Below are positions 1 through 8,549 of a stretch of DNA of 36,062 nt, one piece after another. The notes under the pieces were generated by a model. That model was given only the letters and a program-made list of their open reading frames with translations. It did not search any database and had not been told where the DNA came from. A program made the translations under genes and the position numbers. Within the stretch, counting starts at the first letter, position 1, and each line of letters opens with the position of its first letter. The DNA is taken from the sequence record DRR378314_737; one strand, given 5' to 3'.

Positions 1-39
1 CGCCGGAGGTCGCGGGTTCGAGCCCCGTCACTCGCGCCA
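1..39 (+). tRNA. 3' half of tRNA, probably tRNA-Asp(GTC); truncated by window start
   Basis: T-arm GCGGGTTCGAGCCCCGT and acceptor strand ending CTCGCGCCA; resembles alphaproteobacterial tRNA-Asp as I recall it. The anticodon lies just outside the window, so the isotype is inferred. Confidence 0.85.
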
Positions 40-54
40 TTTCTCTTCAGATGG
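26..54 (+). repeat. att core, tRNA-proximal copy of 29-bp direct repeat
   Basis: CGTCACTCGCGCCATTTCTCTTCAGATGG, identical to 16480-16508; includes the last 14 nt of the tRNA. Confidence 0.93.
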
Positions 55-127
55 CAACTGCCAAATCCCTTGAAATCATTGAAAGTCTTGGAGAATCCAC
101 GGGTCTTCCACGCCTTTCCGCCGGTCG

Positions 128-163
128 TGCACCACAAAATGCAAAATTTTTGCACTACAAACG
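128..163 (+). repeat. putative integrase arm-binding block, left (TGCACYACAAA x2)
   Basis: tgcaccacaaaatgcaaaatttttgcactacaaacg matches 16386-16421 at 31/36 positions. Confidence 0.7.
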
Positions 164-166
164 GCG

Positions 167-448
167 ATGAAGCATTTCTCACTCGGATCAAGATTTCTAA
201 AGGATCGCGGCGGTTGGTGGCACTATGTGAGGCGGGTTCCGGCTCGCTTCAAAGACGTCGACAGACGCGGCCTGATCCAGATCGCCTTGCGCACCCAGTC
301 TCTCGAACTGACCATGATGCGCCGCAACAGTTTGGCAGAAGCCGACGCCGCCCTCTGGAACAGCCTGGCTCTCCAGATTGAGGGCACGCAACGATCAAGA
401 AGCCGGGCCGGACAGGCCGGCGTGCTGATGCCGGAACCGCAGCGCTGA
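167..448 (+). pseudogene. truncated tyrosine integrase, DUF6538-like N-terminal domain only
   Basis: FLKDRGGWWHYVRRVPARFKDVD...IQIALRTQSLE pattern typical of DUF6538 integrase N-termini; 93 aa, no catalytic domain; directly after att. Confidence 0.78.
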
Positions 449-560
449 CAAAATCCGCAAGGCTGATTTGAGACCAGGCTGACGCGCTTTTCTGTGCGAG
501 CCCGAAGCATCCGACAGATCCACCCGGTCCGAGGCCTTCCCGTCGCGTGCACATGGTTGT

Positions 561-1967
561 TTAGTCAACAACACCGCGTTCGAGCTGCGTCGTATAATGC
601 TTGCGTGTGACATAGATGAGGGCAGTCGCGGGAACGAGCACGGCGAACGAGATGATTGCCAGAGCCGGCCCCAAATCGGTGGGATTGGCCGATATCGACG
701 ACAACCAAGCCACGAGGGGCGGGCCCAATCCGAGACCGATGAGGATTGTGCACATGAACATGATGGCAATCGCTGTCGCGCGAAATCTGGCTGGAACGGT
801 GAATTGATTAGAGATGACGATTAGATTACTGCAACCCGTCAAACAAAACACCATGACACCAAGACAGATCAGTGCGCCAATCCCGTTTGTCTGGATCGCG
901 GCAAGGCCAGCCGCAGCACAGCCAAGCGCCGCGCCAGCACTTGCGACAAGGACCAAGCCATCGCGGATGCCGTTTCGGGTGAGGCTCTCAGCCAGGCTCG
1001 AGAAGGCCAGCGTACCAATTACGCTGCAGCACAGACCGGTAATTCCATAGGACAGTCCCGCCTGCTCGACGGACCAGCCTTGGGAGCGATGCAGGTATTC
1101 CGGGACCCAGGCGCCGAAGGCGAAAATGACAATCGTAATGAGGCTGGCTCCCAGGAACAGGCCGCCAAAAAGATGGGTATGCTGGAAGAAAAAGCGGGTA
1201 ACCTGCGACAGGCCTGACGCCTCAGTGGTCTCGTCTCCGTCACGTACAGGCTCAAATGTGGTTGCGAAAAATAGGATGCCGATCAAGAGTCCCGGTACGC
1301 CAACGCAAAAGAATACCACCTGCCACACGCTGAAACGGTCGAAGAAAACCGACCCATCCGAGGCCGCCCATCCGAGTACGCTCGCTCCGGCGATATAGGC
1401 GCCATAGGTTCCCACATTTCCAGATGCCGCGTAGATGGCCGACGGCAAAAACCTGCGCTCCGGTGTGAACATGCTGCCAATCATCGAATAGGCCGCCGGT
1501 GACAGGACAGCTTCCCCGATCGCAACGCCCATGCGGAGCAACACGAGCGCAATGAACGTGCCTGCGAGACCGGACCCTATCGTGCAGAGGCTCCAGATTG
1601 CCACACCGGCCAAGATCAATTTCTTTCGATTGCCCCGGTCCGCCAATCTCGCCGCCGGCAGGCCGAGAAAGCCATAGAAGATGGCAAACGCCGCCCCGAA
1701 CAGCAAGCCGATGTGCGCATCGCCGACGTTAAAAGCGGCTTTCAATGGCCCCACGAGCAAACTTGGAATGATCCGGTCGATATAGGAAACAATGTAAAGG
1801 CTGGAGAGAAGGCCGACAGTCCACCAGGCGCGCCAAACCTGAGCCGGTCGAGGGGGGCTGTTCAGTTGGCGCCTGAGGGGCGGTTCATTGTGTGACGTTG
1901 CGTCAGCTTGGGCGCTCAACCCGTTCCGGGGCAGCTCTGTTTCCTTTGGAAACCGGTAATCTGCCAT
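561..1967 (-). CDS. MFS transporter (spinster-like)
   Basis: SYIDRII, ARLADRGNRK motif A, RMGVAIGEA; about 12 hydrophobic segments. Confidence 0.9.
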   Translation of the reverse strand: MADYRFPKETELPRNGLSAQADATSHNEPPLRRQLNSPPRPAQVWRAWWTVGLLSSLYIVSYIDRIIPSLLVGPLKAAFNVGDAHIGLLFGAAFAIFYGFLGLPAARLADRGNRKKLILAGVAIWSLCTIGSGLAGTFIALVLLRMGVAIGEAVLSPAAYSMIGSMFTPERRFLPSAIYAASGNVGTYGAYIAGASVLGWAASDGSVFFDRFSVWQVVFFCVGVPGLLIGILFFATTFEPVRDGDETTEASGLSQVTRFFFQHTHLFGGLFLGASLITIVIFAFGAWVPEYLHRSQGWSVEQAGLSYGITGLCCSVIGTLAFSSLAESLTRNGIRDGLVLVASAGAALGCAAAGLAAIQTNGIGALICLGVMVFCLTGCSNLIVISNQFTVPARFRATAIAIMFMCTILIGLGLGPPLVAWLSSISANPTDLGPALAIISFAVLVPATALIYVTRKHYTTQLERGVVD

Positions 1968-2293
1968 GTTCAGCGTATCATCCTTCCAGCGAGAGGAAGG
2001 CGACTGTAGTTTACTTGTCGGATTGTCAGCCGTTTGCGCCGAACTATCCCGCTATCAGCTGTGAGATCTGGCATGTCCAGGTGCAGTATCCAACGTGTTG
2101 AATGCGTTAGATGACACAATGATGCCCAATGGCACAAGCGTGCAGTTTCTGCTCAGCACTTCGCTGAACAGAATACTCCCTCATAGTGGGGGGTAGCTTG
2201 CAGAAATTACCGGCCGGGCATGTGCAATCCTGAAGGGGACCAAGTTGCGAGCCCGGCCGGAGGTTCATCCGGTGAGCGGGATGAAGGGAGGAA

Positions 2294-3649
2294 TTAGTCG
2301 GTGGCGCTGCCGATGAGGTGAAGCCGTGTTTGGCGCCCATCAATGTAGCGAACGGTCTCGCCGTCAAAGAATGCATCTTCTTCCGTCCGGAAGGTAATTT
2401 CCTGGCCACCCCATTCAGGGACAGCGGTCTTGGCATACAATTCGATTGACCAGGCCGTGTTCGGGCGCAGGCGATACTTACCTTTCTCTGTGGGACCTTG
2501 ATTGTCCCAGAATCCGATTGAAGGACCAGCTCCATGGCCGTGATTGCCGAGGGGGTGAGTGTAGATGCTGGGCTCAAGGCCCTGTGCGATTGCCTTCTCT
2601 CGGGCATTTTTCAGAATCTCGTTCCCGGAAAGCCCGGTCACAAAGGATGATGTAAGCGCATCCTGCACATCATTGCTCGCGCGAAGACCGGCTTTGAGCC
2701 CTTCCGGGGCATCGGTCTCGCCCTCTTTCAGGACATAGGCCAGGTGTTGCGTGTCAGTGCTCAGGCCCATGTACACGATGCCAAGATCAATCCAGAGGAG
2801 GTCTCCTTCCTCAATGATCGCATCGCCCATCAATTCCTCATCTTCGCCTTCACGGAATATATGGACAGAATTGTGAAACCAGGAGTCGATGCCGAGATCC
2901 GCTGTCTTCTGTCGAGTCCACCAAACGACGTCGTCAGTTGTTGTAACGCCGGGCGTGATCACCTTGTTGGAGAAGGCTTCGCCGATAATGCTGTGAGCCG
3001 TGCGCACGATATCGTCATAATACTCCATTTCGGCCGGAATACGCGTTTCGAGCCAGCCGATTGCCAGATCGAATCCTGAGACAAGACGTGCCTGATACAC
3101 CGGATCGAGCGCGTTATAAAGATCCGTATACTGGCTGCTGGTAAGGCCGTCAGCAAAGGCAGACACCGACGACACATTTATCGCAATATTCTTAGGGTCG
3201 CGCTCGGCGACAATTTCCGCGAAGCGTTCCCATTGGTCATCGCCGTCTTCCGGTACCCAGGCTGGTTCGAAGAAGCCGCCAAGGCCGTAACGGCTGACTG
3301 TCAGGCGTTCGATGTCCTGACCTTCCCCCGGATCATTGAAAACAAGGATGGTCCGGCGGCGCGCGTGCAGGCTCGTTGCGTTGAGCATCGTATCAACAAC
3401 GGGATCTTCAAGATATTCTCGGGCCACGAGCACCCACATATCTATTCCGTTTTCACGCATGAGTTCTGGAACGACCGTGTCGAGGCGTTCACCAAGCCAT
3501 TCATCGTGCAGCTTGGCACGTTCGCGAAGGGACAGGATTTCCGGAGTTGCTGGGGAAAGATTGACTTCACCCTGGGCAGGCTCGTCAGCCGCCGCTGTGC
3601 CGCCTGACAAAAGGGCGAGGGCAGACAGTCCGTAGATCAAATTGCGCAT
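2294..3649 (-). CDS. secreted M24-family (Xaa-Pro aminopeptidase-like) metallopeptidase
   Basis: Sec signal peptide; pita-bread ligands WIDLG..STDTQH, YTHPLGNHGH, SIE, EED. Confidence 0.85.
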   Translation of the reverse strand: MRNLIYGLSALALLSGGTAAADEPAQGEVNLSPATPEILSLRERAKLHDEWLGERLDTVVPELMRENGIDMWVLVAREYLEDPVVDTMLNATSLHARRRTILVFNDPGEGQDIERLTVSRYGLGGFFEPAWVPEDGDDQWERFAEIVAERDPKNIAINVSSVSAFADGLTSSQYTDLYNALDPVYQARLVSGFDLAIGWLETRIPAEMEYYDDIVRTAHSIIGEAFSNKVITPGVTTTDDVVWWTRQKTADLGIDSWFHNSVHIFREGEDEELMGDAIIEEGDLLWIDLGIVYMGLSTDTQHLAYVLKEGETDAPEGLKAGLRASNDVQDALTSSFVTGLSGNEILKNAREKAIAQGLEPSIYTHPLGNHGHGAGPSIGFWDNQGPTEKGKYRLRPNTAWSIELYAKTAVPEWGGQEITFRTEEDAFFDGETVRYIDGRQTRLHLIGSATD

Positions 3650-3669
3650 TGTGATTCTCCTTCAAGGGA

Positions 3670-4938
3670 TCAGCCGAAAGGGGCGTCGAGAGTGTTCGGG
3701 GGTTGGGTAAAATAGACCGGGCCGTGCTGGCTCATATAGAAGCAGTCTTCGATGCGGACGCCAAATGAGCCCGGTATGTAGAGGCCGGGTTCGTTGGAAA
3801 AGCACATGCCCGCAGCGAGTGGTGTCCGCTCACCGTGCACCAGATTGATCGGTTCATGGATGTCGAGGCCGATGCCGTGTCCGGTTCTGTGTGGCAGGCC
3901 GGGGGTCGCATAGCCGGGGCCGTAGCCAAGGCTTTCATAAAGCGCGCGCACAGCATCGTCCACGGCGCCGGCGGGGGTGCCGATCTGCGCAGCCATCATG
4001 GCCGCCTCCTGTCCCATGCGAACCTGTCTGTACACGTCCCGGTGCTTTTTCGTTGGTTCGCCGAAGACGAAGGTCCGAGATATATCCGCGTAGTAGCCGT
4101 CGACCCTGCAGCCACAATCCATGAGAACGACCGAACCGGGTTTCACCGTTTCCCGAAACTTCGATCCGTGAGGCAAGGCCGATCCTTCATTGATCTGGAC
4201 GCCGCCCGACGGGGCGGTGCCGCCATGTTCGGTGATCGCCGCGCTCATGATCATGAAGATGTCCCGGCCATCCATTCCAGCTTCGATCTTGCCGGCAATG
4301 CTGCGATAGGCCGTATCAACGATATCCGCTGCCTCCTGCAGCAAGGCCAGTTCCGGAGCCGTCTTGATCATGCGGCAGGCGCTGACCAGGGTAGTAGCGG
4401 ATACGAGGTTGAGCGAGGGAAGTGCGCTCTGAAGTCCGTCTACGGCGAAATACCGGACCGTCTCTTCGATCGCGACCGGGCGATCCCCGAGCTTCTGTTC
4501 CTGAATCCAGCCTGCAACGAGCTTGTGGGGATCCTGGTGCTCGTTCCAGATTCGAACGTCTCCCGGGACCACAAGCATTTCGCGGATCGAGGGTTCTTCA
4601 AATTCAGGCGTCACAATACAAATCTCGCCCTCTGCCGGAATCAGGGCCGCAGTCAGTCGTTCGCTTCGCCACCAATTCACCCCGGTGAAATAGAACAGCG
4701 ACGCGCCTGCTTCGATGAGGGTGGCCCCAATGCCTTGCTCACGCATCAATTGTTGAAGGCGGGCCAATCTCGATGCGCGTTCGGTCGGGCTGATCGGGTC
4801 CGCGCGTTTGATGGGATCGGGGCTGGGCTCGGTGTGAGTACACGCTGACTGCGCCGCGGTTGATGCCATCAGCGCGGTGCCGCCCGTCGCAACAAGCAAA
4901 CTGCGGCGGTTCAGCGGGGGGGAGGTTATGTTTCGCAT
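3670..4938 (-). CDS. Tat-exported Xaa-Pro dipeptidase (M24B)
   Basis: NRRSLL twin-arginine signal; ALPHG, MDCGC, ADISRT, HRTGHGIGLDIHE, NEPGLY, GVRIED. Confidence 0.92.
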   Translation of the reverse strand: MRNITSPPLNRRSLLVATGGTALMASTAAQSACTHTEPSPDPIKRADPISPTERASRLARLQQLMREQGIGATLIEAGASLFYFTGVNWWRSERLTAALIPAEGEICIVTPEFEEPSIREMLVVPGDVRIWNEHQDPHKLVAGWIQEQKLGDRPVAIEETVRYFAVDGLQSALPSLNLVSATTLVSACRMIKTAPELALLQEAADIVDTAYRSIAGKIEAGMDGRDIFMIMSAAITEHGGTAPSGGVQINEGSALPHGSKFRETVKPGSVVLMDCGCRVDGYYADISRTFVFGEPTKKHRDVYRQVRMGQEAAMMAAQIGTPAGAVDDAVRALYESLGYGPGYATPGLPHRTGHGIGLDIHEPINLVHGERTPLAAGMCFSNEPGLYIPGSFGVRIEDCFYMSQHGPVYFTQPPNTLDAPFG

Positions 4939-6383
4939 CAGCCCTGACCTCCTGCGAGGTCCTTGAGCAGAACATCCCAGAAGATCAGCTGATCGAAATA
5001 GGATTTGATCGGAAGACGCTCATCGATGCCGTGCGCGCGGAAGTCATCCGGACGCACGAGCGTGATTGCACCGGCACCGTAGGTCGGAATGCCTGCCGAC
5101 CTGAACTCCCGGCCATCGGTTCCGCCTGACGACATGGAAGGCTTCACAATCGCGCCCGGCTGGACAACTTCAATGGCGTTACGCAAGGATTCAAAGAGTG
5201 GTTCATTTATCGGTGACACCGGGCTTTCAACCGGGGCGCCGAGCACCTCAATGGACAGGGCTGAATTGTCTATCACATCGGTCAGAGTCTTCTGGACATC
5301 GGCGACAGACGTGCCTGGCAGGATGCGGCAGTTCACGGTCAGGCGGGCCTGCTGCGGGAGTGCATTCTCTGCAGTTCCGGCTGCCAGCATGGTCGGCACA
5401 CAAGTCGTTGAAATGAAATGCGTGCTTACGGAAGACGCATCTACAATGGCCCGGGCTTCCGCATTCGATGGATCTCGTGTCAGGGTTTCAAGGGCCCGAC
5501 CGAATTCGCCTCCTTCGGTTTCTGCGAGATCCAGAGCCATTTGCCGAGAGATGTCGTTGAAGCCGACAGGAAATTTGAGGGAACGGATTCGGGTAATCGC
5601 ATCTGCAATATCGAACAGGGCGTTGTCTGCGCGTGGCGCAGAGCTGTGCCCTCCCTTGTTTGCAGCCGTGATGTGAAACGTTGCATAGGTCTTCTCGGCA
5701 GACTGGATGGAGAAGGCTGGATTGTCGCCATTTGCGTCAACGGATCCGACTCCTGCGTCAGAATTCAATGCGTACTCAGCATTCTCCACCCAAGGATGGG
5801 TCGTCAAAAGTCGCGTCGTATTCATTCCGGTTTCTTCATCACCGGAAAAGGCAATGACGAGGTCCCGGTCAGGCTGGAAGCCCTCCCGCTTCAGGCGGAT
5901 GAATGTCGTGACCAGAAGCGCGACCCCCGCCTTGTTGTCGACTGAGCCGCGCGCATAGATATAGCCATCCTTTTCGACCGGGACGTAGGGGGCGGTTTGC
6001 CACAAATCTGCGGAGGCATCGACCACATCCATATGTGCAATCAGCGCGATGGGGCGCTTGGTCGATCCGGCGGGTCCCTTGTAGCGCACGACCAGGCTGG
6101 CGACGGTCTCGCCATCGATCTGCAGTGCTGGAATGTCGATGTCTTCTTCACGGAACCCGCCTGCTAGCAGACGGTCGGCAAGAAGCTCAGCTTGTGGTTT
6201 GGTTTGTGCGAAACCCTTGACGGTGCGAAGTTTCAGAATGTCTTCCAATATGCTCCGGGCGAGCGTGAAGTCGGAGCTTTCGATTTCGACCTCAGCCGTG
6301 TCAGCGCGCACAACAGGCGCGGCGATGCCCCATGCTATCGTTGACATACAAGCTGCAGCAGCAAGTCTGGTGATGAGTTTCAT
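4938..6383 (-). CDS. secreted M20/M25/M40 metallo-amidohydrolase
   Basis: AHMDVV, RGSVDNK, GDEE, GGHSS, GGTDG, HGIDE motifs. Start moved to ATG 6383 (GAGGA RBS, signal peptide MKLITRLAAAAC). Stop overlaps the next ATG. Confidence 0.9.
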   Translation of the reverse strand: MKLITRLAAAACMSTIAWGIAAPVVRADTAEVEIESSDFTLARSILEDILKLRTVKGFAQTKPQAELLADRLLAGGFREEDIDIPALQIDGETVASLVVRYKGPAGSTKRPIALIAHMDVVDASADLWQTAPYVPVEKDGYIYARGSVDNKAGVALLVTTFIRLKREGFQPDRDLVIAFSGDEETGMNTTRLLTTHPWVENAEYALNSDAGVGSVDANGDNPAFSIQSAEKTYATFHITAANKGGHSSAPRADNALFDIADAITRIRSLKFPVGFNDISRQMALDLAETEGGEFGRALETLTRDPSNAEARAIVDASSVSTHFISTTCVPTMLAAGTAENALPQQARLTVNCRILPGTSVADVQKTLTDVIDNSALSIEVLGAPVESPVSPINEPLFESLRNAIEVVQPGAIVKPSMSSGGTDGREFRSAGIPTYGAGAITLVRPDDFRAHGIDERLPIKSYFDQLIFWDVLLKDLAGGQG

Positions 6384-6469
6384 GGTGTCCTCGTATCGGT
6401 CTTTTCTGGGGCAGATCACCTCCCGCCCGCTGACATGGCGTCCGGAAGGTGTCGCAAGGAGCAGCGCGT

Positions 6470-8194
6470 CTAGTAGCGCCAGCTTTCGAGATCCGCGCCG
6501 TCTGGCGCCGAATCTTCGATCCGTTTGAGGATTTTCGGCACATACATCCAATTGTAGCGCAGACGTGAGACCGCGTTTGGAAGATCTGGATCGCCGTTCC
6601 AGCAATGCTCGTCGCGGTCGCCATATGTCACCTCGCCCTGATAGGGCGGATCGGTTTTGTTGAGGAAGTCTTCCATCAGATAGACGGCATTGTTGAGGTA
6701 AAAATTGTCCATGTCGCCGGTATAGATATGGATCTTGCCTTGCAGTTTCGGGCCAATCTCTGCCCAGTCACGCTCCAAGATGTATCGGAGGTCATAGTTC
6801 TCGCGCCAATACTCTGCGACGTCGTGATTGATCTCGCCTGTGCGTTTGTCCCAGATGCGCTGTGGGTATCCATCGTCCCCATTGGGGGAATACACGGCCT
6901 CCCAGACATCCCATTGGGCGCCGGATCGGGTTTTGTCACCCAGAACAAGTTCCCAGCGATTCTCCATTTCCACCGTGTACGGGACTTGACCGAGATAGTT
7001 GCGTTTGCCCGGCTTCGCCACTTTTCCGAACGGTCCGAAATTGTAGTAGGCATTCTCCTCTTCATATATGTCCGTCAACATGAATTGGCGGAAATCGATC
7101 GGATCGGGGCAGGCTGCAAAGGCGCCATTATACTCGTCTGGATACTTGACCTGAACGGCCAGGGCTTCCCACCCGCCTGTCGACCCACCGTAGACGAAGC
7201 GTGACCAGCCTTCGCCAAGACCGCGAAATTTCTCTTCCAGAGCTGGCACGAATTCATAGGTGATGGCATCCCCATAGGGGCCGATGTTCGCGGAGTTCAC
7301 CGCGTAGCTGTCATCATAGTACGGATTGGAATGGTCGATTTCCACAATCAGCATGCGTGGGAAGTCGTCGGATGTCCATTTCTTGTAGAAATCGTATGCC
7401 TCCTGCTGTTCGATACGATTGTAGCAGGGCTCATCGAAGCGTTCGCTGTACTCGCATTCCAGGTCCGGGTCCGGTGGGGATGTGCGGAAGCCTCCGAAAT
7501 CAGCCGGGAAGTGGCCGTGGAAGATGATGAGCGGGTATTCGGCTTCCGGATGGTCATCAAATCCTTCCGGCACAAGCACGTGGCCGCGGATGAAGACATC
7601 AGTTCCCCAAAAGTCTGAAAGCTTGTCGCTGCGAATCTTGAAGTGACGAATATATTTCGTGTCCTGAGGTTCTTCGATTTCCGGCAACACCTCGTTCAAT
7701 GAAATCGAAATGGTATCGCTTCCTTCAGGGTCAAAGCTGACCTTTCTTGGCTTGCTGATCACATTGCCGGGTTCAAGTCTCCAGTTCTGGCCGGCGCCGC
7801 GCGCTGCCGGAAGCTTCACGGTTTTTCCGTTTGAGAGGTTGAACGTGTCATATTTGTGCAGGACGGCCTGCACGTAGTAATCACCGGCCGGGACACCCTT
7901 AATGTCTTCGGCTGGAAAACCGAGGACGCCCGTGCCGATCTCGACAGACCCGCCGGGTTGAAGGCTGTTTACATTGACACCGAAAATCTGTGGCGCGTCA
8001 TAGGACTGCTTTACCTGGAACCGCGGCTCCTTTTCTCCGTCAGGCGTGATGATGAGAAGGACGCGACCATCATGCGCCTCGGTCACGGCTGTATCGGACA
8101 ATTGGATCTCAAACGAATCGGCGTGTGCCATGCCGCTGGTGGCGGCGATCAAGGCAGCGAAACCGACGGAGCCGGCAAGGTTCTTTAAAGTCAC
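6470..8194 (-). CDS. secreted alpha/beta-hydrolase (putative esterase) with N-terminal extra domain
   Basis: Signal peptide (..AHA-D), GGSTGG nucleophile elbow, GDMDNF, distal EHCW. Likely GTG start at 8194 after GAGGA (track gives 8209). Confidence 0.8.
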   Translation of the reverse strand: MTLKNLAGSVGFAALIAATSGMAHADSFEIQLSDTAVTEAHDGRVLLIITPDGEKEPRFQVKQSYDAPQIFGVNVNSLQPGGSVEIGTGVLGFPAEDIKGVPAGDYYVQAVLHKYDTFNLSNGKTVKLPAARGAGQNWRLEPGNVISKPRKVSFDPEGSDTISISLNEVLPEIEEPQDTKYIRHFKIRSDKLSDFWGTDVFIRGHVLVPEGFDDHPEAEYPLIIFHGHFPADFGGFRTSPPDPDLECEYSERFDEPCYNRIEQQEAYDFYKKWTSDDFPRMLIVEIDHSNPYYDDSYAVNSANIGPYGDAITYEFVPALEEKFRGLGEGWSRFVYGGSTGGWEALAVQVKYPDEYNGAFAACPDPIDFRQFMLTDIYEEENAYYNFGPFGKVAKPGKRNYLGQVPYTVEMENRWELVLGDKTRSGAQWDVWEAVYSPNGDDGYPQRIWDKRTGEINHDVAEYWRENYDLRYILERDWAEIGPKLQGKIHIYTGDMDNFYLNNAVYLMEDFLNKTDPPYQGEVTYGDRDEHCWNGDPDLPNAVSRLRYNWMYVPKILKRIEDSAPDGADLESWRY

Positions 8195-8300
8195 GGAGTG
8201 TCCTCTCATAATTCTGTGCGCGGAGTTAAATCGGAATTCGATCCGCCCTCTTCCCTGGTGCGACTTTACAGGCGGGGCGCCTGCCTATGTCAACAAAAAA

Positions 8301-8315
8301 GTGCGAATAGCGACC
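8301..8315. promoter_or_regulatory. IclR (PcaR/PobR-type) box upstream of hydrolase operon
   Basis: GTGCGaatagCGACC; reverse strand GGTCG-N5-CGCAC vs PcaR-type GTTCG-N5-CGCAC. Confidence 0.6.
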
Positions 8316-8491
8316 AAAAGTGCGATATTTAGATTGTGGAGGATTGGGGTGGTTCATTCTTGGGCTATGGGTGCCTGAGCACCGGGCAAGTCCATCGTAA
8401 TTGGTGGTAAAGCCTACAAAATGTGGTTGTTATCGGCGATTTCGGTTGACACGACCTGTGACAATGATGTGAACGTGATGTCGAACTAAAA

Positions 8492-8524
8492 GTACGCATA
8501 ACGCACAAAGTTCGTAAAACGCAC
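8492..8524. promoter_or_regulatory. two tandem IclR (PcaR/PobR-type) boxes upstream of TBDR
   Basis: GTACGcataaCGCAC (8492-8506) and GTTCGtaaaaCGCAC (8510-8524); extra CGAAC half-site at 8482-8486. Confidence 0.7.
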
Positions 8525-8549
8525 ACAAGTGAAGACTATGGGGGTCATC

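Noticed and set aside
3835-4848. Long antisense ORFs (337 aa here; also 13015-13908, 30386-31390)
   Set aside because: Shadow frames of well-supported genes in GC-rich DNA, no motifs
6384-6605. N-terminal extension of the M20 ORF given in the track
   Set aside because: Overlaps the esterase gene; RBS and signal peptide point to ATG 6383
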